Source: Candidatus Micrarchaeota archaeon
GTDB taxonomy: Archaea > Micrarchaeota > Micrarchaeia > Anstonellales > Bilamarchaeaceae
DNA: 17,367 nucleotides
Direction: 5' to 3'
NCBI GenBank assembly: GCA_043812915.1
Contig: JBDRLQ010000022.1
Span: forward strand, 1-17,367
Shown: positions 1 to 7,702 of the stretch, one piece after another
Numbering within the stretch: position 1 is the stretch's first letter
Layout of the letters: every line of letters begins with the position of its first letter
The notes under the pieces: generated by a model
What the model was told of the DNA's origin: nothing
The model's input: the letters and a program-made list of their open reading frames with translations, nothing else
Database searches by the model: none
Program-made: the position numbers and the translations under genes

Positions 1-2
1 AA

Positions 3-926
3 CTCTTCCTTTCCTTCCTCCTGTATTGCGCCCTGCAATGCGAAAGGCCCAATCAGCCCGTCCTTGTATTCCTTTGCGGTCTGGTCGGCGAACCTCTGTC
101 CCATCTCAAGGGCCTGCTCAAGCAGGGATTCCCTGAGAGTGCACGCGATGTGCCCGCACTCTATTGTGCTTGGCTGCATGGCCTTGAGCAGCTCCATCTG
201 CTGGTCGGCCGGAAGCCTAAGGAACCCGTCAAGGTTGGTCTGCCTCCTGGTGTCGATACCAAGAAGCTCAACCTCACCATTCAGCGGGGAATAGAAGAAG
301 TTGAAATTGAAATGCGCGCCAACTATATATTCCTCAATCACCGCTTTCTCCAGCCCTTTCTTTGTAATCTTCCCTTCTTTCAAAAGGGCTTCGCTCTTAT
401 CGACATACTCCTCCTGGCTCCTGGCTAGGAAGAATGCGCGCTCATAGCTCCTCTTGGCCTCGCTCACTTTTACAATCGCGAGCCTGTCAATCTTGTCCGG
501 AGATGCAATCCTTCGCGGGAAGCGCACCCCCGCCTTTTCCATCAGGTAGTACTGGTCTTTTTCCTCCCCCCGCTCTTCCGCGCGAAGGAGATACTTGTTC
601 CCGAATATGGGAACAGAGAAGTCATTCTCAATCCTGTCATAGCCGACATAAACAGCAAAAGAGCGGTTCGGGACAAAAACCGACTTCCTCTCATTAAGGA
701 AATCAACGCTCTTCCTGTCCGCAATCTCATTGAATTTGTTGAGGAGCAGCAATTCATCGACAACCCCGACCTCCTGCTTCCCTCTTTTCCTGGTCCGGTA
801 ATACTGAAGGTAGGTCTTCTCGCGGCCTTTCTGGGCGACGACAACATTTCGGAATCCCTCCTTCTTCGCGCCCTCGCAGACATCTAATGCCGAGTGGCTT
901 CCAAGCGTTGCGATTGTGTGTTCCAT
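3..926 (-). CDS. purP: PurP-family formate--phosphoribosylaminoimidazolecarboxamide ligase (ATP-grasp, DUF1246/DUF1297); 3' end lies beyond the window
   Basis: Not in the ORF track because there is no stop inside the window. Manual translation from ATG 926 gives MEHTIATLGSHSALDVCEGAKKEGFRNVVVAQKGREKTY...FVPNRSFAVYVGYDRIENDFSVPIFGNKYLLRAEER...EEYIVGAHFNFNFFYSPL...ELLGIDTRRQTNLDGFLRLPADQQ...GHIACTLRESLLE...GLIGPFALQG. These are PurP-family motifs. An SD-like AGGTG lies upstream. PurP versus a PurP-like paralogue is not resolved. Confidence 0.9.
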   Translation of the reverse strand, partial: MEHTIATLGSHSALDVCEGAKKEGFRNVVVAQKGREKTYLQYYRTRKRGKQEVGVVDELLLLNKFNEIADRKSVDFLNERKSVFVPNRSFAVYVGYDRIENDFSVPIFGNKYLLRAEERGEEKDQYYLMEKAGVRFPRRIASPDKIDRLAIVKVSEAKRSYERAFFLARSQEEYVDKSEALLKEGKITKKGLEKAVIEEYIVGAHFNFNFFYSPLNGEVELLGIDTRRQTNLDGFLRLPADQQMELLKAMQPSTIECGHIACTLRESLLEQALEMGQRFADQTAKEYKDGLIGPFALQGAIQEEGKEE

Positions 927-942
927 AATGAGCACCTTTTGA

Positions 943-961
943 AAATATAATCATTATATTT
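943..961. promoter_or_regulatory. Perfect palindrome AAATATAAT-C-ATTATATTT, candidate operator in the divergent purP / ORF1025 intergenic region
   Basis: 9-bp arms around a 1-bp centre, 17 nt upstream of the purP ATG. A TATA-like TTTTTAAA lies at about 973-980. Confidence 0.5.
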
Positions 962-1024
962 CGGAGTCAGATTTTTTAAAGAGTTTTGTAGCGGGTTAGT
1001 GCAGGAGAAATCGGGTGGAAAGTT

Positions 1025-1792
1025 ATGGCCAGTGAAAGCGCAAGTGCCCTTAGGCTAGTTGATGGAATGCGGAATGCTCCGGCTAAGAGGGAGCGCGAAA
1101 AAGCGGAGAGCGATGCGAAGCTCGCCGTTTTCCAGGAATTCAGGGAAATCTGCAGGGAGAGCGAGGGCACCTCAGACCTTGCGCCTTTGGCTGCCAAAGT
1201 GAGCGGGCACGGAATTGAGAACCTGGACAATATCACCGTAAGCCATGTCCATTCAACATTCATGAAAGTTCTGGAAGGGCACCGGGGGCAGGATAAGGAA
1301 ATCATGCAGTGCTTCTCTGAACTGACCCGGAGCCACCTGGTGGCGAACAGGAAGCAGCGCAATCTTACCTATCTTGCCGCGCTCTTTGGAAGGCTTGCAA
1401 AGCTGGGGGAGAATGACCTGGCGGATGAATCTCGGGCGATAATCCTGGAGGCAATCGATGCCTGCGGTAAGGAAGGCTCACTCAATCCGCTTATGGGCAT
1501 TTTCCGGGGCCGGTTCCCTGAAGATGCGGAGGTCCTTTCCAGGGCGGAAAAAGCCCTTGCCGAGGCTGCCGCAGTCCGCCTGGCAAAAGGCGACAAAAAA
1601 GAAATCGGCCATCTAATGCGGCATCTGGACGGGCTTGGCCTTGGCAGGGAAGCCAGGAAGAGCGTCCTTAGGGCTGCCGGAAGGCCTGGGAACAGGATTG
1701 CAGGAGACGGCATCCTCTCAAGGCTTGCTTTCTGGAGGCCAAAAGAGCTGGGGAGGTCGGAAAAACCAAGGGAGAAGCTATCCGGAAAATGA
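1025..1792 (+). CDS. Hypothetical alpha-helical protein (255 aa)
   Basis: Long ORF with SD-like GGGTGG upstream, filling the space between two intergenic regions. Ala/Leu/Glu/Arg-rich helical pattern; no recognisable family motif. Confidence 0.7.
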   Translation: MASESASALRLVDGMRNAPAKREREKAESDAKLAVFQEFREICRESEGTSDLAPLAAKVSGHGIENLDNITVSHVHSTFMKVLEGHRGQDKEIMQCFSELTRSHLVANRKQRNLTYLAALFGRLAKLGENDLADESRAIILEAIDACGKEGSLNPLMGIFRGRFPEDAEVLSRAEKALAEAAAVRLAKGDKKEIGHLMRHLDGLGLGREARKSVLRAAGRPGNRIAGDGILSRLAFWRPKELGRSEKPREKLSGK

Positions 1793-1822
1793 GCCCCGCT
1801 CCTCAGAAGGGCTTCCCCGCCA

Positions 1823-1830
1823 TTTATATA
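1823..1830 (+). promoter_or_regulatory. TATA box (TTTATATA) of a probably leaderless operon transcript
   Basis: Ends 23 nt before ATG 1854, the spacing expected for archaeal leaderless mRNA. Confidence 0.6.
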
Positions 1831-1853
1831 ACTTTACGAATGAATATCTCCTT

Positions 1854-2687
1854 ATGAGATGGGCGTTGGCTCTACTGCTTCTGCTGTCGGTTGCTCACGC
1901 TGACTTCCTTCTTGAGAGGGTGGACGTCAGGGTCAGCGACATCCAGGATGACGGCAGCGCGAAGGTGCACGAAAGCATCCGGTTCATCATGATCGGGGAC
2001 TATGCCCAGGCCCTCTATGACAGCGGATTCTCGAACAATGACCTTGCCTTCTGGTCCACCGCGACCGACCTGAAAGACGTCAAAAAGCACGTCAATCCGG
2101 AAAAAGGCGAAGTGAAGGAATTCCGCTTAAGGCCGCAGCCAAGGACCAGCTGCAACCCGATACAGGGCACATGCCATGGGGAGCTCATCCTTGACTACTG
2201 GGTGTATCCGTCATACAACATATCCGAGGATGGAAGGACCAGGACCCCGCTTTCCGACAGCGGCCTCTTCGACGTGGAAAGGTACAAGCCGAGGACCGCG
2301 AGGCTCACCATTAACCCCGAGGCCCTGGCATTTACCAAGACAGAGCAGGGAAACATAATCATTGACGATAACGTCTACCTGATCGTGGAGCTCCCGCAGG
2401 AAAGCCTCACGCTTGATGTAAACCCGCTTCCTATTGGCATGGAAGTGGACCTGCCAGCAAGGGTGGATGAGTTCGAATGGAGCGACATGATCCTGGTCAG
2501 GTTCACCCTGGAATTCGAGGTTGAGAATAGCCTGGATAAGGAGGTCGGCGAATTCTTCTCCGACCTGCTCTGGTGGGTGGTCAGCAGCATCAACAGCCCG
2601 CACGGGTACGCGCTTGTGCTGATGCTGGCGATACTGGTCGGCGCTTACATCTACATCAATATCTCCAAGAGAAAGATGGAGGACTAG
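1854..2687 (+). CDS. Secreted, C-terminally membrane-anchored hypothetical protein (277 aa)
   Basis: Start re-assigned from 1635 to ATG 1854: signal peptide MRWALALLLLLSVAHA, TATA 23 nt upstream, and no overlap with the previous gene. Beta-rich ectodomain with a Cys pair (SCNPIQGTC). TM helix YALVLMLAILVGAYIYINI followed by SKRK. Confidence 0.85.
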   Translation: MRWALALLLLLSVAHADFLLERVDVRVSDIQDDGSAKVHESIRFIMIGDYAQALYDSGFSNNDLAFWSTATDLKDVKKHVNPEKGEVKEFRLRPQPRTSCNPIQGTCHGELILDYWVYPSYNISEDGRTRTPLSDSGLFDVERYKPRTARLTINPEALAFTKTEQGNIIIDDNVYLIVELPQESLTLDVNPLPIGMEVDLPARVDEFEWSDMILVRFTLEFEVENSLDKEVGEFFSDLLWWVVSSINSPHGYALVLMLAILVGAYIYINISKRKMED

Positions 2688-2691
2688 ACAT

Positions 2692-4044
2692 ATGTACAAG
2701 GGAGAAGACAAGGTACTTGAGCTCGTTGCGAAAAAAAAGAAGCTTTACGTTTCAGACATCTCCAGGCTCAGCGGAATGAATGTGGACAGCATCAGGAGGA
2801 TCGTGGAGTCGCTCCGGGGCGGGGGCTTTGTCAAAATCACAAAGAGCGAGTCTTCCATCAACAGCCCCACCCCCGAATTGATTTCATACGCAAAAGCCAC
2901 TTTCCCAGAGTTCTCAGTATATGCAAAGGCAAGGAAAGGGGCCAATATCGGTGATCTGAGCCCCGTTGAGAAGCAGATTGGCCTCCGGTGGGCCAAGCTC
3001 AAGGGCCTCATCATGATTGAGGCTGGAAAGATTGTCCCGGCAAAGGAGGAGGGCGAGGTCATCTCCCTTGAGCAGAAGATGAAGGACTCGGTCTCGCAGC
3101 TGGTCGAGATGGGAAACACTGATGCTCCGGTCCTTCTTGACGAGTTCTTCCAGAGGCATTTGGTCCAGAAAAAGATTGTCAGGCGCCTTGAGGTGGCCTA
3201 CACCAACAAGCCGCTCAAGGCGCTGAAGAAGGGATTCGACGTCAGCGCCAGGGGCCCTGACGCGCCTTTCGGCAAGAAGCACCCGACAAGCGTGATGTCC
3301 GACAAGATACGCTCAATCATGGCCGAGCTTGGCTTCGAGGAGATGGAAGGGAGCATTGTGGAATCCTCCTTCTGGAACTTCGACGCGCTTTTCCAGCCCC
3401 AGGACCACCCGGCAAGGGAGCTTGCGGACACCTTCTACCTGGAAGGGAAAGAGCCCCTTCCAAAGGACAAGAAGCTCGTCGAGCGGGTGAAGAAATCGCA
3501 TGAGGATGGCTGGAAATACAGGTGGAATACCGAGGACGCGGAGAAACCGGTCCTGCGGACCCACACAACCTGCCTCAGCGCGAGGCACCTTGCCGCGCTC
3601 AAAGACAGGAAGCCAAAGAAGTTCTTCGCGATAGGAAAGGTCTTCAGGAATGAGGCCACGGACTATTCCCACCTGGCTGAGTTCTACCAGGTCGAGGGGA
3701 TAATAGCCTGGGAGAATGCCACCTTCAGGGACCTTCTTGGAACGCTCAAGGAATTCTACAGGAAGCTCGGATTCGAGAAAATCAGGTTCAGGCCCAGCTT
3801 CTTCCCGTACACGGAGCCGAGCCTTGAGATCGAGGTCTATTTCGAGCCCAAGAAGCAATGGCTGGAGCTCGGCGGCGCCGGGATGTTCAGGCCAGAGGTC
3901 AGCGAGCCCCTTGCTGGAATCTACCCTGTCCTCGCCTGGGGGCTAAGCCTAGAGCGGCCCCTGATGATGCTGCTTGACCTTGATGATATCCGGTCGTTCT
4001 ACAAGAATGACCTTGATTTCCTGAAATCAGTGAGGGTGGACTGA
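2692..4044 (+). CDS. pheS: Phenylalanine--tRNA ligase alpha subunit, archaeal type
   Basis: Motifs FWNFDALFQPQDHPARELADTFY, LRTHTT, FRNEATDYSHLAEFYQVEG, RFRPSFFPYTEPSLE, WLELGGAGMFRPEV and AWGLSLER; N-terminal winged-helix-like extension. Confidence 0.98.
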   Translation: MYKGEDKVLELVAKKKKLYVSDISRLSGMNVDSIRRIVESLRGGGFVKITKSESSINSPTPELISYAKATFPEFSVYAKARKGANIGDLSPVEKQIGLRWAKLKGLIMIEAGKIVPAKEEGEVISLEQKMKDSVSQLVEMGNTDAPVLLDEFFQRHLVQKKIVRRLEVAYTNKPLKALKKGFDVSARGPDAPFGKKHPTSVMSDKIRSIMAELGFEEMEGSIVESSFWNFDALFQPQDHPARELADTFYLEGKEPLPKDKKLVERVKKSHEDGWKYRWNTEDAEKPVLRTHTTCLSARHLAALKDRKPKKFFAIGKVFRNEATDYSHLAEFYQVEGIIAWENATFRDLLGTLKEFYRKLGFEKIRFRPSFFPYTEPSLEIEVYFEPKKQWLELGGAGMFRPEVSEPLAGIYPVLAWGLSLERPLMMLLDLDDIRSFYKNDLDFLKSVRVD

Positions 4045-4046
4045 CC

Positions 4047-5951
4047 ATGAGAATAATGCTTGTGCTGCTGATAGTTGTGATTGCGCTGGTTGCGGGCGGT
4101 GCCTATTATTTCCTCCTTTCTCCGGAAGCGGCGGGCGGCCAGGAGGAGGTGGCCGGGACGTTCACCGCAATCAAGATGGAGCGGGCCGGGGATTCCGGCT
4201 ATGCGGTCTTCAATCACCGGGGGCCTGCCAACATCACCCTTATCAGCCTTGATGAGATGCCAAGCAGGAAACTGACAATCATCAATGACACCGAAGGGAT
4301 GGAGATGGGGCAGCTGGCCCAGTTCGTGGAGACCATGAAGGGCCTTGAGGACTACGGCTTCATAGTGGATGTCACTGACGATAAGGTTTTGGGGCGCGGA
4401 ATATTCGTGGTCCCGACCGGGGCAATCCCCAATTATGTTTATGATGACCTTTGGTACAACGCGACCAATGGAACGGTCATCTTCATCGGCGAAACCGACC
4501 TTGTAATCCGGAGGGGGGTTAAGAAGGAGGCGTGGTATTCATCCCTGTCTCCTGCCCAGAAGGAGCGCGTGGTGCTCTATGAGCTCACGCTCGATGAGCT
4601 TATGGACGCTGGCAATGATACGGTCGTCTTCCAGGACATCCTGGAAAGCTCGTGGCTTCGCAACTCGAAGACCAACCGCCTCTTCGAGGGCAGTGGCCTC
4701 AAGACAATCACCACCCTGATGGACAGCTCGGAATATCTCAGGATGGTCTATACGTTCCCGGGCGGCATGGGGATTATCGATTCCGCGCAGCTGCCAAGGG
4801 AGGGCAAGGTGTTAGTGCCAGAGCCGCCCGCGGTCTATCCATGGGACAAGGCGACGCTCTCGTTCGAGCTGAACAAGACCAACGGAACCGCCTTCCTTTC
4901 CGTCTACAAGGACGGGGAAGGGCTCAAGAAGGAGGATCTTCGGCGGGTTACGGATGACAACTACTTCCTCAAGCGGCTGGAGTTTGAGGAGCCTGGGGAA
5001 TACATAATCGAGGTTACCGACAACATGGGGACCATCGCCAGCGGAATCCTGCATATCAACGAGCTTGAGATAAGCCTTGCGGAATCAGCCGGGATTACCT
5101 ATGTCTTCGACGTCATGGTTGACGGAAAGCCCCTCAAGAGCGCCGAGGTGGTCGTTTCGAAAGAAGGCTCTGAAATGGAAAAGGAGTTCTTCATATCTGA
5201 CGGACGGCTCGTTCTGCAGGCGCAGCTAGAGGAAGGGCCCAACACCCTGAACATGAGGCTTCTTGGCACGACCGTCCCGGTCGAGGTGACCGCCTCTGGA
5301 AGCTCGATACTCCAGTTCTACCTCACTTACGGGATTCCCGGGCTTTTCCTCGTGCTGGTGATATTCTTCATCGCGCGCATGTCCAGGAGGCCGACCTACA
5401 GGGTGAGATTCAGCGACCTTGCCAGCGAAATCCGGAAAGAGGTGCGCCTGACTCCCGCCGAGGCGTTGGCGGCGTTCGGGGACATCAGGCAGGAGATGCA
5501 CCTGGGCAGGTCCCCGATAACAGCAGAGGAATTCGGAATCGCGCTCAAGCGCTTTGTTACAAACGGTGCGGAGGTCACAACAGGAAACGTTGAGGAGCTC
5601 CTCAACAGGATGTGCCAGTCCGGCAAGCTGCAGGGCCACCGCGGGTACTACCAGCCTAGCGGCGAGAATGATGTCCGGAAGAATACCCTCCTCCGCATGG
5701 CCAGGGAGAAGCTGATCGAGAATGGCGTTCCTTTCACTGCCAAGAAGAACAAGTTCGTGACAAAGGACTACGAAATCGGCTTCTTCGGGGGGGACTTCCA
5801 GAAGAAGGCCCTTCTAATTGTCGATGATGCCCAGGAAGCGCGCTCAATCGTCAATTCCCTGGGCGAAAGGGAGCGCAGCATGCTCAGGATAAAGCAGTCC
5901 AATGACATGATGGTCTTCGTGCCTATCAATAAACTGGGCGAATACCTATGA
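4047..5951 (+). CDS. Hypothetical membrane protein (634 aa): N-terminal TM/signal, large ectodomain, second TM, roughly 190-aa cytoplasmic domain
   Basis: Hydrophobic N-terminus; TM YGIPGLFLVLVIFFIA followed by basic RMSRRP; seven N-X-S/T sequons, all between the two TMs; starts 2 nt after the pheS stop. Confidence 0.85.
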   Translation: MRIMLVLLIVVIALVAGGAYYFLLSPEAAGGQEEVAGTFTAIKMERAGDSGYAVFNHRGPANITLISLDEMPSRKLTIINDTEGMEMGQLAQFVETMKGLEDYGFIVDVTDDKVLGRGIFVVPTGAIPNYVYDDLWYNATNGTVIFIGETDLVIRRGVKKEAWYSSLSPAQKERVVLYELTLDELMDAGNDTVVFQDILESSWLRNSKTNRLFEGSGLKTITTLMDSSEYLRMVYTFPGGMGIIDSAQLPREGKVLVPEPPAVYPWDKATLSFELNKTNGTAFLSVYKDGEGLKKEDLRRVTDDNYFLKRLEFEEPGEYIIEVTDNMGTIASGILHINELEISLAESAGITYVFDVMVDGKPLKSAEVVVSKEGSEMEKEFFISDGRLVLQAQLEEGPNTLNMRLLGTTVPVEVTASGSSILQFYLTYGIPGLFLVLVIFFIARMSRRPTYRVRFSDLASEIRKEVRLTPAEALAAFGDIRQEMHLGRSPITAEEFGIALKRFVTNGAEVTTGNVEELLNRMCQSGKLQGHRGYYQPSGENDVRKNTLLRMAREKLIENGVPFTAKKNKFVTKDYEIGFFGGDFQKKALLIVDDAQEARSIVNSLGERERSMLRIKQSNDMMVFVPINKLGEYL

Positions 5952-7228
5952 AGGCCGCCATGTTCCTCCTCCTTTTGGTTCTTCCAGCTTTTTCGTATTA
6001 CTCAAGCCCTCCAGTTGATGCTGTGATAGAGCACAACGCGAATATGGCTGACGAGCTTGACGACGCGTATAACCCTGCAATCGCAAAGCACAGCTCAACC
6101 TGGATTTTCCCTCCGAATTCATCATTGGACAGCAGCGCGAGCATGGAGGTTGCCGGCCTCACATTGACAATCGACAACAGCACAAGCGCGAATGATGATC
6201 TGGAGGTCATAATCGCAAGGGGCTATGAGGAAGGCGGCCTGGCATGCCTTACTGACGAAGGGACGCTAGATCCGTCATGCAATTGTGACCATGATTATTG
6301 GGAGGAATTCAAATCATCACATGTGTATGCAAAAAGATGCGACCTTGACAATGACAAATGCATGGAATATATTCATGGCACCAATGTCGAGTATGGGGGC
6401 GAGGTGCTTTTCATATTCCGGAATACCACGGCTACAGAGCCCATCGAGGGCCCTAACATAGTTCCTGTTCCCGGTGGCATGCTTGCCGAGATGGAAAACG
6501 CATCTGGAACAGAGAACCTTACTGCCAAGCTGAACGCGACAATCAAGCTCATATACGAAATCAATGACCGTAAATCTATAGACAATGTCTCATGCGTGGA
6601 CGATTTCTTCACCCTGAATGTGACCTTCCGGTTCTCGGAAGAGCGGAACTTCACGGTAGAGGGCAGGAACAAGATTTTCTTTTTGAAGGCGCCGGTTCTC
6701 AGGGAGCAATGGCACATGAATAACCATTTCGATGTCATCGTCCTTTCCCAGAGCAGGCTGTATCTGGCCGATACAGAGCTCAATGGGCAGGAGAACTGCA
6801 GCTTCAGGACGCATTATTTCGACACCGTATCCGATTCCTACGGCCTTTGGACAATCACCATGCAGCCCGAGGATGAGGTCGATTTCGGGAAGGCCGATTT
6901 CAACGGGGCCCCGCTATCAGAATACAACCACTCCTATGGCTATTACTACGAATTCGACTGCCCGTACGAGGGCCTTGGCAGGAACAACCTTTCACTGGAG
7001 GTGGTTGACCTCTATGGCAGGGACGCCTACTACAGCGAGATGATAACAAGCCGTATGCTTTCATACGGGGGCAACAAGAATGAGCTTGGCGCCCCAATCC
7101 AGTCGGAAGTGACAAGGCAGAGCGCGGCTTTCAAGACCGACAACCTTCAGATGGTCAAAATAAGCGCCGGAATGCTCGGGGCACTCCTGATTCTTGCGGT
7201 CGCAAAAAGATGGCTAATGAAAAAATAA
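5948..7228 (+). CDS. Secreted, C-terminally anchored acidic surface glycoprotein (426 aa)
   Basis: Signal peptide MKAAMFLLLLVLPAFS; 12 N-X-S/T sequons; 8 Cys; C-terminal TM ISAGMLGALLILAVA followed by KRWLMKK; ATGA overlap with the upstream gene. Confidence 0.85.
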   Translation: MKAAMFLLLLVLPAFSYYSSPPVDAVIEHNANMADELDDAYNPAIAKHSSTWIFPPNSSLDSSASMEVAGLTLTIDNSTSANDDLEVIIARGYEEGGLACLTDEGTLDPSCNCDHDYWEEFKSSHVYAKRCDLDNDKCMEYIHGTNVEYGGEVLFIFRNTTATEPIEGPNIVPVPGGMLAEMENASGTENLTAKLNATIKLIYEINDRKSIDNVSCVDDFFTLNVTFRFSEERNFTVEGRNKIFFLKAPVLREQWHMNNHFDVIVLSQSRLYLADTELNGQENCSFRTHYFDTVSDSYGLWTITMQPEDEVDFGKADFNGAPLSEYNHSYGYYYEFDCPYEGLGRNNLSLEVVDLYGRDAYYSEMITSRMLSYGGNKNELGAPIQSEVTRQSAAFKTDNLQMVKISAGMLGALLILAVAKRWLMKK

Positions 7229-7244
7229 AAATGAAAAGAGGGAT

Positions 7245-7592
7245 TCACTCCTCTCTTTCATCATTCTCTTCCTCGGATTCCTCCACGGCGTCATCTTCCT
7301 CGGACGCCTCTTCGGATTCCTCTTCTTCAGGAGCCTCTTCCTCCTCTGAGGAGGCCGGCTCGGAAGTTGCCTCGCCTATCCTCTCTGCTGTTGCGTAGGT
7401 CCTCTTGACCTCGCCGATTTTGACCTTGCAGGTCTCGCCCTTCCTGGCGCCTTTGACGAAAATGACAAATCCGCTTACCTTGGCGATGCCATCTCCCTGT
7501 CCGCCGACGCTTTCAATAGTAACGTCAATCTCATCGCCAGCCACGACGGGCTTGGGTGCATCAAATCTCTTGAACCTTCTTTCTTCTTCCAC
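7245..7592 (-). CDS. Single TRAM-domain RNA-binding protein with acidic C-terminal tail
   Basis: PKPVVAGDEIDVTIESVGGQGDGIAKVSGFVIFVKGARKGETCKVKIGEVKRTYATAE matches archaeal stand-alone TRAM proteins. GTG 7592 is preferred as start because AGGTGA (7603-7598) lies 5 nt upstream; the alternative is ATG 7607. Confidence 0.92.
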   Translation of the reverse strand: MEEERRFKRFDAPKPVVAGDEIDVTIESVGGQGDGIAKVSGFVIFVKGARKGETCKVKIGEVKRTYATAERIGEATSEPASSEEEEAPEEEESEEASEEDDAVEESEEENDEREE

Positions 7593-7679
7593 ATTACTCA
7601 CCTTCATTACTTTATGGCTATCTCGGTTTTATTCGATGTCAATCAAGAATTAGCCGTAACCCTTTTCTGCCGCATAGCG

Positions 7680-7687
7680 TTTATAAA
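7680..7687 (-). promoter_or_regulatory. TATA box TTTATAAA for the TRAM gene
   Basis: Best TATA match in the intergenic region; implies a leader of roughly 65 nt. Confidence 0.55.
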
Positions 7688-7702
7688 CGGATTGCTCACT
7701 TC

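Noticed and set aside
64..954. Short track ORFs (64-294, 150-428, 434-697, 542-883, 754-954)
   Set aside because: Shadow frames of the minus-strand PurP-family gene.
1635..1853. N-terminal extension of ORF 1635-2687
   Set aside because: Overlaps the upstream gene and the promoter; the signal peptide and TATA spacing point to ATG 1854.
7250..7350. TCTTCC-like tandem repeats as a DNA repeat array
   Set aside because: Explained by Glu-rich codons of the TRAM acidic tail.
7678..7689. Palindrome CGTTTATAAACG as an operator
   Set aside because: TTTATAAA is self-complementary by nature; two extra base pairs are within chance.
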